From positions 115,991 to 179,990 of the forward strand of contig CAYGWB010000006.1 in NCBI GenBank assembly GCA_964353775.1: 64,000 nt of DNA, in the 5' to 3' direction. Positions 50,001 through 58,143 of the stretch are shown here, piece by piece. Within the stretch, counting starts at the first letter, position 1, and every line of letters begins with the position of its first letter. The notes under the pieces are model-generated. The model saw only the letters and a list, made by a program, of their open reading frames with translations, did no database searches and was not told where the DNA came from. Made by a program: the position numbers and the translations under genes. Source of the DNA: an uncultured archaeon. Lineage in GTDB: Archaea; Aenigmatarchaeota; Aenigmatarchaeia; Aenigmatarchaeales; JAHLMS01.

Positions 50001-51346
50001 ACCTGAGCGTTGACCTTCTGGTCGGTATCATCATAGTACGATTTGTTGGCGACGGCCTTCACGTAGCTCCATCCGAGGGTCTCGTTTCTGCTGACGTTCC
50101 ACGTAGTGTTCTCCGGTCCGTACAGCGGCGTGATGTTCTTGGTCGCGCCGAGATACCAGCTGACATTCACGGACACGTTGTTTCCGAATTCATTCACAGT
50201 CGTCGAGTTGAGCCAGTAGCTGACGTTCCTGTAGAACTTCTGCCCCTCAGTAACGCTCCTGATCGTTATTCCCAGCCTTCCTCTGACATCGACGCTCGTG
50301 CTTGTCGTCGTGAACGGAGTGTAGTAGTCCTTTGTGCCGTTGACGTTGATTGTCTGTGAGCCTGGCGCGTAGCTGTCCGGTGGGTTCCAGATTATCCAGC
50401 ATCTTCCGCTGGCTGTCGTACAGTTGCAGGATCCGCTCGAGGGACCGTTAGATGTTTGGGTGCAGTTGTCCAGTAAATTGGAAGTTCCATTCCAAAATCT
50501 AACAGCAACTCCGTCTACAGTGGCGGAATAGCTGTCACGCACGGTCAGCGATATGTTGAGAGTATTAGGCGTATCACTGTTGCTGCGATATATGTAGAGA
50601 TTATCCCTATTGAGTTCTGCTAAAGTCAGCGTGTCATTCACGTTCGACAATCCGGACACATAACTGAAATCCACATTGTAGTATGAATAATCGGATATGC
50701 TGCAGCTAATATTGTGTTGGCCTGGAAGGTCACCGCCACCTGGCGACCATGTCCATGTTGCGAGACCGCTTGGGTTGGTTGATACGGTTGTTTGTGGGAC
50801 ACCGCCCTTCATGAACGTGATTGGGTAGCTGTCTATGTCACCAGTGCTGTTCGAATCCGTCACCTTGCATGTGTATGGGATGCTGCCGACGCCGCGCAAG
50901 ATGCCGGGCGAACTCAACGGGGTCGTGTTCGTGAGATTTGAATATCCGAATACGGTAAATTGTTTCTGGCTAGTGACGTTCTGGCTTCCGGTCGAATTAT
51001 TGGCGAATATTTTGACATTATATACACCTAGGTTCGAGCCAGAGTTGGTAGAGATAACATGGAATGACCAGTTCGAGGCCAAGCCAGCGATTGCCGTATC
51101 ATTTGCCCAAGAGGCGCCAGCATCCTGATGGCTGAGCCACGTGAAACTTGCGGTTTCGTTCCATTTCGCGCTTACATTGACAGCCTCTCCTTTGTGTATG
51201 ATGCTTGCGTTCACAGCGGCATCGGTCGTATAGCCTATGGCAGCGAGCGCCTGCACCGCATAGAAAGCGAAGGCTATGACTATCAAGCCGACGAGCGCCA
51301 TCGCGCCCAGCTTCGCCAGACCCTTATTTCTTCGGTATATAGACAT
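44084..51346 (-). CDS. Giant (about 2400 aa) N-glycosylation-sequon-rich surface protein with tandemly repeated beta-rich modules (adhesin-like)
   Basis: A single 7.26-kb ORF. The N-terminal signal anchor MALVGLIVIAFAFYAVQALA starts at Met16 (nt 51301). It carries hundreds of N-x-S/T sequons and about six copies of a roughly 310-aa module marked by AIQIWGYS / PIQIWGWS / QFTVFGYS. An FN3-like segment lies near the C-terminus. Confidence 0.65.
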   Translation of the reverse strand: MSIYRRNKGLAKLGAMALVGLIVIAFAFYAVQALAAIGYTTDAAVNASIIHKGEAVNVSAKWNETASFTWLSHQDAGASWANDTAIAGLASNWSFHVISTNSGSNLGVYNVKIFANNSTGSQNVTSQKQFTVFGYSNLTNTTPLSSPGILRGVGSIPYTCKVTDSNSTGDIDSYPITFMKGGVPQTTVSTNPSGLATWTWSPGGGDLPGQHNISCSISDYSYYNVDFSYVSGLSNVNDTLTLAELNRDNLYIYRSNSDTPNTLNISLTVRDSYSATVDGVAVRFWNGTSNLLDNCTQTSNGPSSGSCNCTTASGRCWIIWNPPDSYAPGSQTINVNGTKDYYTPFTTTSTSVDVRGRLGITIRSVTEGQKFYRNVSYWLNSTTVNEFGNNVSVNVSWYLGATKNITPLYGPENTTWNVSRNETLGWSYVKAVANKSYYDDTDQKVNAQVWGYSNITNMTAMDYSQNRSLIPIPIICRVRDNVTGDGIANYPVDFWKNGVKNTTILTNSVGNATWNYVPTDPVGLYNISCNITDNATLYYTADLNAAGKAGQINLTDRLVIFEYARDNAYIYRNDSYSPYITTLSAHIKDAIGDSVQNANVTWWDTTNGALIGNCTTDPIGFCSVQWNPSSNFEPNNITLDVNATGTNYYPSTTNSTWVVVQGVLILNMTNVVDEQKFYRNVNYFINSTTRAENGTAMTSHSVTWRLYNATWNNTLSPYGAENYSWTVGTGLKIGDYSLNATANLTYFTDSTQTKAIQIWGYSMINGTAIPASTPANTTTALACRVSDNVTNANISGYSVQFWSNDTLINSSTTDSTGWANTTYSWAAAGVYNVTCNITGSDIKYYTASASNSNSSLISVVATLSIFEYSVDNQFIYRNDSYSPYTASLSAHIKDTAGASVLNATVSWYDNSTGNLLYNCTDGTKPCNCTTNAIGFCSVTWNPPNNFEPSNVTLAVNATKSGYNPSTTNYTWVVVQGALNINITNVIAGQKFYRNVTYNVNSTTRAENGTVMTDHNVTWTLNNVTWNTTLSPYGAENYSWTVDQTFKLGDYSLNAIANRTYYFDSTQTKAIQIWGYSMINGTSIPVNGSINTLVNISCRVTDNVTNAPLNGYIVRFWSSISGMLGADNTDSTGWANITYSWPNAGVHNITCNFTDYNASYYTASVNNSALSELRIYGKLNVSSTSEAPGGVQVDQRRVAMLKLNFSAEGETINVTQINVTLTGTATDTNVSAIELWNDSAGIPNKSLSLTVPATFNGGVANLTLTQPIVVPAGGWKVVHVLYNISGTAFNSFTLGVTLNNSNISAIGNTSVLPIQANGSEPYSSALSTIWGWANITNATALSPTYQRGTFANVACLVSNVNTSAGITNYPVRFWRDNSTLLGTNLTNSSGIAVWNWNTTNEAVGPYNITCNITDNETLYFNDTVNNNWTGSTSLYGNLYIIFMSVSPNPIYRNDNFTPYVTTFRAEVKDELGAEIPNINISFWNATFSPALLANCTTDSILSPGVCQADWNPPNTTTPGNYSIMANASGPYYTSSTQNTTYLTIKGKLYLNITNIVSGQIFFKTQNISANVTGFDENGNVVPPPPLKWFINSTNLTNVTPPMANLTTNWENVTWYINESWTPLGVWVLNVSTNLSYYDDYRLLWPIQIWGWSRVNETNLPAATQINTPVNLACRVVDANTTSPLSSHYVNFWSNVTGFLGNNYTLFDGWSNITWTPTTAGVHLITCNITTNPAQYYTPSSGVSVTTRVYGILTANWTDEAPYTAARGTSVGMLRLNLTAFGENITLNNVSVLFTGTADDTNLTAVELWNDSSGPSMPIPGASDTSSPYELAPTSYIITNGTSKIIHVVYNISSSGMPYKTVQATIEYDNSTIVSGATSGYTFYSTMSWPADSSETFIRQLPSPDLVSPADGTITTNSTVYFNWTNVSGAVNYTIKIDNSPNMLSPEYNNTWTDRNYTWTSQQGIWYWRVSSIDAGGGASDSTIWKLTVDSSKPYINLTAPANGSTWTNPTQLIYTPWDNFSSTLNCYYTLDAVPSTLASVINGTTQYVTLSLTTGQHNISINCTDLAGNSNVSVLNNFTVDTTGALISSVVLDRNPPYYVGNVFPANNMTVNVTASDPSGVSVVTANGVVLTNITPTVWTGNVSVAFTEGIHELQVVANDTAGNRNSTTVYYFVDNTLPNVTNVTITYPLGQNHVKRYQNITISAKVFDPISGGVSSGINATIAVITNATPLGVLPGVGNSINLALTDPVNNIWSATWNCSFAGCAANLSDFQANVQASDNANIGYTTSSIKNFTVDNTGFAIFINSITPDKTSASASGTDYWQWTFNVSASGGTRIRMKVANWTDGSGHIIPVASYARLQYQNATGTWKTYNILNSYNETEAVDALNITSGWTTLILNQTIPAGTYPASYSTTYAFGIYA
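46380..50930. repeat. Tandem array of roughly 940-950-bp repeats inside the giant gene
   Basis: Blocks of 24 to 54 nt are identical between copies at 48107-48160/49048-49101, 48217-48253/49158-49194 and 47935-47958/48882-48905. More diverged copies sit near 46393, 47352 and 49990. Confidence 0.7.
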
Positions 51347-51461
51347 AGGATCGTCCTACCTTTACCATGTGCAGAAGGCCCTTCGACCGCATGGCCTCTA
51401 AGAAACCGGCCGTGAAGTCCCTGCGCAACCCGACCTCTCGGGCTAACTGGGAAACCGACAT
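51324..51461 (-). CDS. Small winged-helix DNA-binding protein upstream of the giant gene (not in the ORF track)
   Basis: The reading frame gives ...TEDTESRILKLLRANPMSVSQLAREVGLRRDFTAGFLEAMRSKGLLHMVKVGRSYVYIPKK (ArsR/Lrp-type wHTH). The only ATG would truncate helix 1, so a TTG at 51476 or a non-canonical start is possible. The stop overlaps the annotated first codon of the giant gene. Confidence 0.35.
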   Translation of the reverse strand: MSVSQLAREVGLRRDFTAGFLEAMRSKGLLHMVKVGRSYVYIPKK

Positions 51462-51836
51462 GGGGTTTGCCCTAAGCAACTTGAGGATACGGCTTTCTGT
51501 GTCTTCTGTCGTCTAACCACCTATAGTTACTACGTTGAGTATGATATGGTCGGTATTTAAAGATTTATATCGTGAGATATATCAGTTTGAAATCAAGTAG
51601 TATGTGGACTCTACGTGTATTCTATTAGGTATCTATGTTGTTTTTCATATCAGTACATATGTATTATGTATGTAATTCACCACATTAGTACAAATGTCGT
51701 ATATATGTTGATTATTATTTGATAATCACATGATATTCTTAAGATTACTATATAGTAACCATACCCCCTTAGGGAGCCCTTTGGCTAAGGAATCGGAGGA
51801 ATAAAAGATATAAGCTTCCACCAGCAATTGCCATTC

Positions 51837-51911
51837 GGGCCGGTGGTCTAGCGGTATGACGTCACCCTGACACGGTGGAGGTCGTCGGTTCGAATCCGAC
51901 CCGGCCCACCA
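51837..51911 (+). tRNA. tRNA-Val (anticodon GAC), CCA encoded
   Basis: Acceptor GGGCCGG/CCGGCCC, anticodon stem UCACC/GGUGG with loop CUGACAC, and T-arm GUCGGUUCGAAUCCGAC. Confidence 0.8.
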
Positions 51912-51920
51912 GTGATCATT

Positions 51921-53210
51921 ATGAAAATGTTCGCCGATCTGCACATACACTCGCACTTCTCTCGGGCGACTTCGAAGGACATGAACATAGTCAATCTGGA
52001 GAAGTACGGGAAGCTGAAGGGCATCAACCTGATCGGATGCGGGGACTTCACGCATCCGGACTGGCTGGCCGAGCTGAAGGGCGTGCTGAAACCTGTGGGC
52101 GACTCCGGCCTTTTCCATCACACCGATGAGGGCATGTTATTCGCGCTGAGCGCCGAGATTTCTCTTATATACAGCCAGGACGGGCAGGTGAGGAAGATAC
52201 ACAACGTGCTGCTCGCGCCGTCCTTCGATGTGGTAGACCAGATAAACGAATGGCTCGGAAAGCGCGGGAATCTTTCGGCGGACGGCAGGCCGATATTCGG
52301 AAAGATAACCTGCCCTGAGTTCGTGGAAGCGATGATGAAGATTTCTAAAGACATAATGGTGATACCTGCGCATGCGTGGACGCCGTGGTTCTCACTGTTC
52401 GGTTCGATGTCCGGCTTCGACAGGATAGATGACTGCTTCCAGGACCAGACAAAGAACATTTTTGCGATCGAGACCGGCCTGTCGAGCGATCCGGCAATGA
52501 ACTGGCGGCTGTCGCAGCTCGATAGGTTCGCGCTCGTCTCGAACAGCGACTGTCACAGCTACTATCCTTGGAGACTCGGACGCGAGGCAAACGTGTTTGA
52601 CATCGAGCCCACGTATGCGAATATGATAGACGCCATAAAGACCAAGGACCCGAAAAGATTCCTGTTCACGATCGAAACTGACCCGAAGTACGGCAAATAC
52701 CACTGGGACGGCCACCGATTGTGCAATGTCGTTTTCTCTCCGAAGGAAGCGGAGAAGCACAAGAACATCTGTCCGGCATGCCGAAGGCAGCTGACAATCG
52801 GCGTGGAACACCGCGTAGAAGAACTGGCCGACAGGCCTGAGGGCTACGTACCGAAGAACGCCATACCGTTCAGATCCATGCTTCCGCTGTCCGAGCTCAT
52901 TGCAGGGCTATATAATACGCAGGCGTTCTCGAAAAAAGTGTTCGAGGTGCATGCGAAGCTGATGAAAGAGTTCGGAAATGAGTTGGCTGTTCTGCTGGAA
53001 GTGCCGGAAACGAAGTTGAAAGATGTGGTGAACGATAAAATCGTCTCCGCGATAATAACGAATAGAAGGGGCGGTATACAAGTCCAGCCCGGATATGACG
53101 GCGTCTACGGGAAAGCCATATTCGGGGCTGAAGAACTGGCAAAGCCAGAAAAAATAAAAAGGCCGCAGGCCTCACTCAGCGATTTCCTTAATTCTTCCCA
53201 ATCGCGCTGA
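51921..53210 (+). CDS. Endonuclease Q-like PHP-domain nuclease
   Basis: N-terminal DLHIHSHFSRATSKDM and GCGDFTHPDW (PHP metal ligands), a length of about 430 aa, and a C-terminal zinc finger KNICPACRRQ. It matches the Pyrococcus EndoQ architecture. The ORF track begins at a GTG at 51912, directly abutting the tRNA. Confidence 0.65.
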   Translation: MKMFADLHIHSHFSRATSKDMNIVNLEKYGKLKGINLIGCGDFTHPDWLAELKGVLKPVGDSGLFHHTDEGMLFALSAEISLIYSQDGQVRKIHNVLLAPSFDVVDQINEWLGKRGNLSADGRPIFGKITCPEFVEAMMKISKDIMVIPAHAWTPWFSLFGSMSGFDRIDDCFQDQTKNIFAIETGLSSDPAMNWRLSQLDRFALVSNSDCHSYYPWRLGREANVFDIEPTYANMIDAIKTKDPKRFLFTIETDPKYGKYHWDGHRLCNVVFSPKEAEKHKNICPACRRQLTIGVEHRVEELADRPEGYVPKNAIPFRSMLPLSELIAGLYNTQAFSKKVFEVHAKLMKEFGNELAVLLEVPETKLKDVVNDKIVSAIITNRRGGIQVQPGYDGVYGKAIFGAEELAKPEKIKRPQASLSDFLNSSQSR

Positions 53211-54129
53211 TGGAGACCTGTTGCTCTGAATAATATCCGTAGCCTGCGTTGAAGCTGACGGCATACCCTGTCTTGACGCTTGGCGGGTTCAGCACTTCCA
53301 CGTCACAGATTATGCTCGTCCTTCCACCGACCATCTGGATGTTCTGATAGCACTCGCTGCTGCTTATCTTCAGGTTCTTGCTGCCGTCCAGACCGGTTAT
53401 CTGAAGATTCAAAACATTCAGGTTAGTCTCCGAAATGGAGAATCTGCTCACATCGTTGCCGTCTGCGACACCTGTTACACTGCCATAATTGTAGGAAACT
53501 CCGCCCCCGACATTGTCGAACGTCACCTCGATGGTGAAGGTCTCGCCTGCCATCTCTATGACCGGTGGATCAGGTGCTACCCTGACTGTCATCGCTACCG
53601 GCCCTTTGGTCGTCACGAAATTCGATGACTCCAGAGTCTCGCCGCGCTCTCGCGCAGCTGTCGCCTCAGATGGCGGATATATAAATATCGTTCCTAGAGC
53701 AGTCGTGTTATAGTCGTAGTAGACCCTGCCCGTGAAGGTGAAAGGCTTTGTCTGTCCTCTCGGTAGGGTCGGCGCTTTCAGCGTCCATGTCTCTATCTGC
53801 ATGTCAGCAGGTATTCCGCGCACCGGGTCTGCCGGTCGCAGGCTCTTAGAGAAGCTGCGCACCAACATCTTGTCCGTCGGGCCCCATTCATCCGCGCCTA
53901 TCAATAGAAGTCCTCCGCCCTGCCTAACTGTGGTCTCGCCCTGGTTCTCTATCGACGCTGTCACGCGTACGTTGCTGTCGCTGTACACCTCTGTCTGATC
54001 AGAAGAGAAATCAGTAATCTCAAGGCCGTTGCCAGTTGTTGTGGTGGGCGTACCGCCCTGAGTGCAGCCGGCCACAAGCATTACGCCTAGAACCAGCAGC
54101 ACGAGCGTGATTTTTTTGTTGAAAAACAT
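53188..54129 (-). CDS. Secreted lipobox protein with beta-rich Ig/CARDB-like domains
   Basis: The signal peptide MFFNKKITLVLLVLGVMLVAGC carries a lipobox. The Thr/Gly/Val-rich beta pattern is CARDB-like (RVTASIENQGETTV). Confidence 0.5.
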   Translation of the reverse strand: MFFNKKITLVLLVLGVMLVAGCTQGGTPTTTTGNGLEITDFSSDQTEVYSDSNVRVTASIENQGETTVRQGGGLLLIGADEWGPTDKMLVRSFSKSLRPADPVRGIPADMQIETWTLKAPTLPRGQTKPFTFTGRVYYDYNTTALGTIFIYPPSEATAARERGETLESSNFVTTKGPVAMTVRVAPDPPVIEMAGETFTIEVTFDNVGGGVSYNYGSVTGVADGNDVSRFSISETNLNVLNLQITGLDGSKNLKISSSECYQNIQMVGGRTSIICDVEVLNPPSVKTGYAVSFNAGYGYYSEQQVSISAIGKN

Positions 54130-54141
54130 TACATCATCCTC

Positions 54142-54999
54142 CTATTTGTTTTTTATTTTGATAGTGAAGCTATTGTCAAGCTCGTATTTATAGTTTGCGG
54201 TCAGACTTATCGTTCCCGTGCTCACTGGGCTGTTGCCGGCTTTCGTACTGAACGTGCAGGTGCTGCGCGGCGCAGCCTTGTTTATGAACGACAGGTTGCG
54301 GTTTAGGTCGATTCCCGTGTAGTGGTTGCAATCCGAATCTTTGATATTGTCCGGCATAGTGAGCTTCACAGAACCGCTGGCCAGATTGTCGATGAATCCA
54401 CCGCCCGTGTCTGTATAGTCGATGAACATGCTTACCGTCTCGTTGTCCGCCCAGGGCTGCTCGCTGCCGAAGGTTATAGTGATAGAGACCGGGCTGTTCG
54501 ATGCGGACATGCCTGCAGTGATGTCGCCGAGCGTGCCAGCGGCTTCTCTGGCAGTATACTCCGCGTCTGAAAGGACCGTGACGCTCTGGCTAAGGCTCGC
54601 GTTCCCTTCCCAAGAAGTCCTGAACTTTATCTCGCAGTCTGTGTCGAACTGTACGGCAGGCGCGGTCCATCTGGGGTTCCAACGCAGGGTCCTGTTGGAT
54701 GTGAGGTTGTCCTTATGGTATGTGAAACCGTCCTGATCCGACCGGAACCCGCAGGTCTCGTAGACGTTGATATTGATGTTATACAAATCGGACTGCTGCG
54801 TGTTGGTGATGTCAAAATTAACGCTCATGTTCTTTTCTTCCCTGACCTCTGCCGGCACTGCGGCAACGGACATACTCATGTCAGTGTTAGTTACGGATGT
54901 CGTACCGGCTATCGGTCCGATCTGCGACTTTTGCCATGGCATCGAAACGCAGCCAGAAACGAGTATGGCAAGTGCGAGCAACAATAGCATATAGCGCAT
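54142..54999 (-). CDS. Secreted lipobox protein, beta-rich (paralogue-like)
   Basis: A signal peptide with the lipobox ILVSGC. The protein is 285 aa. Confidence 0.5.
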   Translation of the reverse strand: MRYMLLLLALAILVSGCVSMPWQKSQIGPIAGTTSVTNTDMSMSVAAVPAEVREEKNMSVNFDITNTQQSDLYNININVYETCGFRSDQDGFTYHKDNLTSNRTLRWNPRWTAPAVQFDTDCEIKFRTSWEGNASLSQSVTVLSDAEYTAREAAGTLGDITAGMSASNSPVSITITFGSEQPWADNETVSMFIDYTDTGGGFIDNLASGSVKLTMPDNIKDSDCNHYTGIDLNRNLSFINKAAPRSTCTFSTKAGNSPVSTGTISLTANYKYELDNSFTIKIKNK

Positions 55000-55035
55000 G
55001 CTATTACATCACAATATAGATAGATAAATCTTTTG

Positions 55036-56007
55036 TTAGCCTGTCAGTTCCGTGTTGATCGAGACGGACTGCTCGGCCGCCAGGTCGTAGGAATATGTGT
55101 AATTGGCTATTACCGTGAACACCTTTGTCACGTCGACCGACGGCGCCGTCAGTCCGCACCTTACCTGGATGCTCTCTTTCTGTACCATGTTGATGGTCTT
55201 GTTGTTGGTGTATATCTTAAAGTCGCCGTCCGTGTTAGTGGTATCCTTGAAGTAGCCGCCGCAGTTGTCAGTATCCATCGTCAAATCCTTCGGAATTCTC
55301 AAATCCAGGTTGCCTGTCACTATGTCCCGCAACGCGCCTGTCCCCTTGTCTTCAACCTGTATGAACAACGGTAGCGTGTTGCCGCTCTTGACTGGCAGGC
55401 TCGCGCCCCAGCTGAGGCTTATCTTGACCGGACCGGGACCGATCGTTGTCGTCGGGCTGAACGAAGCTGACTCTCCGGACCTCTGCAGCCGTTTGAGCTC
55501 ATCGGCGTTTATGACCTGCGCGGTCGATGTGCTCACGGACTCCATGGTGTAGTTGACCTTCCATCTTACCGGACAGGTCGCTTCCAATCCGCCTGTCTGC
55601 GCCTTTGTCGGCGCAGTGAAGCCGAGTTCGAAGAACTCCGTCTGCTGCGGCACTAGTTCGCCCATGTCCTTAAAGTAGGCCGACGAGCCGACTGCAGTAA
55701 AGCCTGTGGTCGTGCTTGCTGTGCAGAGGCCCCAGTCGTACAGAAGCACGCCGACGTTTTCCACTGGGAAATCGCCCGTGTTGATGACCTTGAAGTTGAG
55801 CTCGAATGTCTCGTCTGGTGAAACGCTAGAAGGAATGATGTTGATATCAGAAACTTGGATGACATCCGCCGGTGCCTCCTTTACCTCGCCTGGCTGGCCG
55901 AAGAGCCCTTGGAAACCGCCGCCGCTGATGCAGCCAGCAACGGCAACGACTGAAATCAGGAGCAGTGCGAACATCGCTTTTTGCATGATATCAATACCGT
56001 TTACCAT
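55036..56007 (-). CDS. Secreted lipobox protein, beta-rich (paralogue-like)
   Basis: A signal peptide with the lipobox VAVAGC. The protein is 323 aa. Confidence 0.5.
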   Translation of the reverse strand: MVNGIDIMQKAMFALLLISVVAVAGCISGGGFQGLFGQPGEVKEAPADVIQVSDINIIPSSVSPDETFELNFKVINTGDFPVENVGVLLYDWGLCTASTTTGFTAVGSSAYFKDMGELVPQQTEFFELGFTAPTKAQTGGLEATCPVRWKVNYTMESVSTSTAQVINADELKRLQRSGESASFSPTTTIGPGPVKISLSWGASLPVKSGNTLPLFIQVEDKGTGALRDIVTGNLDLRIPKDLTMDTDNCGGYFKDTTNTDGDFKIYTNNKTINMVQKESIQVRCGLTAPSVDVTKVFTVIANYTYSYDLAAEQSVSINTELTG

Positions 56008-56019
56008 ATATTTAATACT

Positions 56020-58143
56020 TTAACATGATGTGCATCCTTGGCACGGTGCGATCGAAGTCTGTGTTATCGTCATCTTTACCGAGTCGTCGACTGTGACATA
56101 GTGATAGTCGACGCTGCCGACGAACGCTATTGTCTTCTTGTCAAGGTTGTTCGCGATGTTGTATGCGAACTCGAACGCCCAGTTGGCAGATTCGCCAGGG
56201 CCTATCTGGCTGCTAAGGTTCAGCGTATAGCAAATGTAACTGCTGTCATCAGGGCATTCTTTTATTATCACATTATTTGCATCCGTATCGATGTTTGTAG
56301 CGGACACTGTTTTCAAGTCTACGTAAGGAGCCTCAATTCCAGAGAGGGTTTTCGGTATCCTGAGTTTTATCTTCGCGCCGTCTTTTGTCACGTTGCCGTT
56401 ACCAGTGTTCATTATCGAGATGCGTCCGAAGCTGGTCTCATTGTCTCTCAGCGGTTGCTTCTGGGCGAAAAGTGAAATCTTCACAGGCCCGCCAGAGTAT
56501 TTCGACTCCATCGATTTCAGCTGGATCTGCTTGTTCATCAGCTGCGTCTCGAACAGCGACATGTTCATTATTTCTATCGGCATGCTGACGTTCGCCATGT
56601 AGTCGAACGAATAGTCGAACGGTATGACGACTTGCCAACCACTGTGATTGTAGGTCGTTATTCCGCTCGTTAGGTCTTTTGTTTCCTTGCGTACTTTGCA
56701 GTCCTGCCAGCCGGCCGGTGCGCACTTGAAGAGCATCAGTTTTATGTCGCCCGGCAGACTTTCCTGCTTGCCTTCCTCTGTCCACTTGCAGCTGTCGGCC
56801 GTTGTGTCGGTCAGATAAGGCGTCGTGCCTGTACAGGCGGTGAATGCGCATGTATCTGATATAGATTGCCAGCACTTTTGCGGATCATTTGCAGAATATA
56901 ATGTCGGGTCGCAGACAGCCAGTTCGTGGAACTTGATGCTGATGTTGCGCGCCGTAAACGTGCCCTTGTTCTCGAGCTGCATTGAGCCTACTAACGGTAT
57001 CCTCGGGTCGAGCTCGCTCGTGCCTTCGGCGTAGTTTATCGCCATAAACTCCGTCAGTTCGATACTCTTGGCAGTGCCACCTTCAGTGACCTTGGTATTT
57101 GCCTCCTGCTGCTTCTTCTCTTGCTCGGCATAGTAGCAGGTCGGGCAGGTCATTATGGTCGTAACATCATGCATGCCGCTGCTCATCTGGTCCCAGACGC
57201 CGCCGAAAGGTTCTGCGATGGCCGTGCCGGTCGCCAGTACCTGCGGCCACCAGACACCGAATACATTGGTACCGACAACGCCGGTATATTGGAAAGAGAA
57301 CGCTATCACGGCGAGTGAAATTACGAATATGCCGAGGTAAGGTCTGGTATCCCTGCCGCCGGCATAGCCCATCACGAATGATAACAGCCATATCAGTCCG
57401 GTTATCACCTGCGCGACGGGTATGCTTGCCGCTCCAGCCGGACCCATTGTCATCCACATCACCATTGGCACGCCTCCGATGATTGCAAACGACATGAAGA
57501 TGCTGTCAGCGAACGAATCGATGGCGCCTGTGACGCCCTCCTGGAAGCCTTTGAGGGCCGTGTTCTTTATCTCAAGTACGACCTTCTGTTCGCCTTCGCG
57601 TTCCATGGGTTTCGGTGGCTGACAGAAGAAGGCTATTGCCAGGAAGAATATGGAGAAGGAAGGCGATGCGTCGCTGAAGAAATAGGAAGATAACCATGTA
57701 ATGCCGGCCCCGACGAATACCATGAATATCAAAAATATTATGAATATGAGAGCCTTCTGCCACTTCTTCTTGGCTGCGATGGTTGCGATGCCTAGACAGA
57801 TGGCAATGACGCCAGGGATGAACATCGCCATTAGATTAGTCAAGAGTTCGCCTGTGCCTCCAGGCGAAAGAATGACCAGCAGGAACACTGCCACAAGGCC
57901 GCCGACTAACATCTTGAACCAGCCCTCGATTGCCCTGAACGGCTCGTCCTTGTAGTAGCTGCTTGGCATCGTGAAGTAGGCGGCGAGCGCGGCAATCAAA
58001 CCTATTATCGGATAGAAGAAGAAGCATTGGATTGCGATGAAGAAGACCGCAAACATCTTAAGCAGGCTTTTCATCATAAGCTGGCCTATGTGTTCGCGCA
58101 TGCCCATCTTCAATTTCAGTATGTCTTCTTCTCCAGCCATCAC
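56020..58143 (-). CDS. 8-TM membrane protein with a large Cys-rich C-terminal ectodomain (unknown family)
   Basis: A 707-aa protein. The N-terminal half has about eight hydrophobic helices. The C-terminal 340 aa are rich in Cys, Thr and Asn with a C-terminal CQGCTSC. It overlaps the upstream gene by 4 nt. Confidence 0.55.
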   Translation of the reverse strand: MMAGEEDILKLKMGMREHIGQLMMKSLLKMFAVFFIAIQCFFFYPIIGLIAALAAYFTMPSSYYKDEPFRAIEGWFKMLVGGLVAVFLLVILSPGGTGELLTNLMAMFIPGVIAICLGIATIAAKKKWQKALIFIIFLIFMVFVGAGITWLSSYFFSDASPSFSIFFLAIAFFCQPPKPMEREGEQKVVLEIKNTALKGFQEGVTGAIDSFADSIFMSFAIIGGVPMVMWMTMGPAGAASIPVAQVITGLIWLLSFVMGYAGGRDTRPYLGIFVISLAVIAFSFQYTGVVGTNVFGVWWPQVLATGTAIAEPFGGVWDQMSSGMHDVTTIMTCPTCYYAEQEKKQQEANTKVTEGGTAKSIELTEFMAINYAEGTSELDPRIPLVGSMQLENKGTFTARNISIKFHELAVCDPTLYSANDPQKCWQSISDTCAFTACTGTTPYLTDTTADSCKWTEEGKQESLPGDIKLMLFKCAPAGWQDCKVRKETKDLTSGITTYNHSGWQVVIPFDYSFDYMANVSMPIEIMNMSLFETQLMNKQIQLKSMESKYSGGPVKISLFAQKQPLRDNETSFGRISIMNTGNGNVTKDGAKIKLRIPKTLSGIEAPYVDLKTVSATNIDTDANNVIIKECPDDSSYICYTLNLSSQIGPGESANWAFEFAYNIANNLDKKTIAFVGSVDYHYVTVDDSVKMTITQTSIAPCQGCTSC

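Noticed and set aside
51128-51415. + strand ORF 51128-51415 (95 aa)
   Set aside because: It is antisense to the giant-gene start and the wHTH ORF, with no promoter or RBS. The minus-strand reading with a wHTH signature is preferred.
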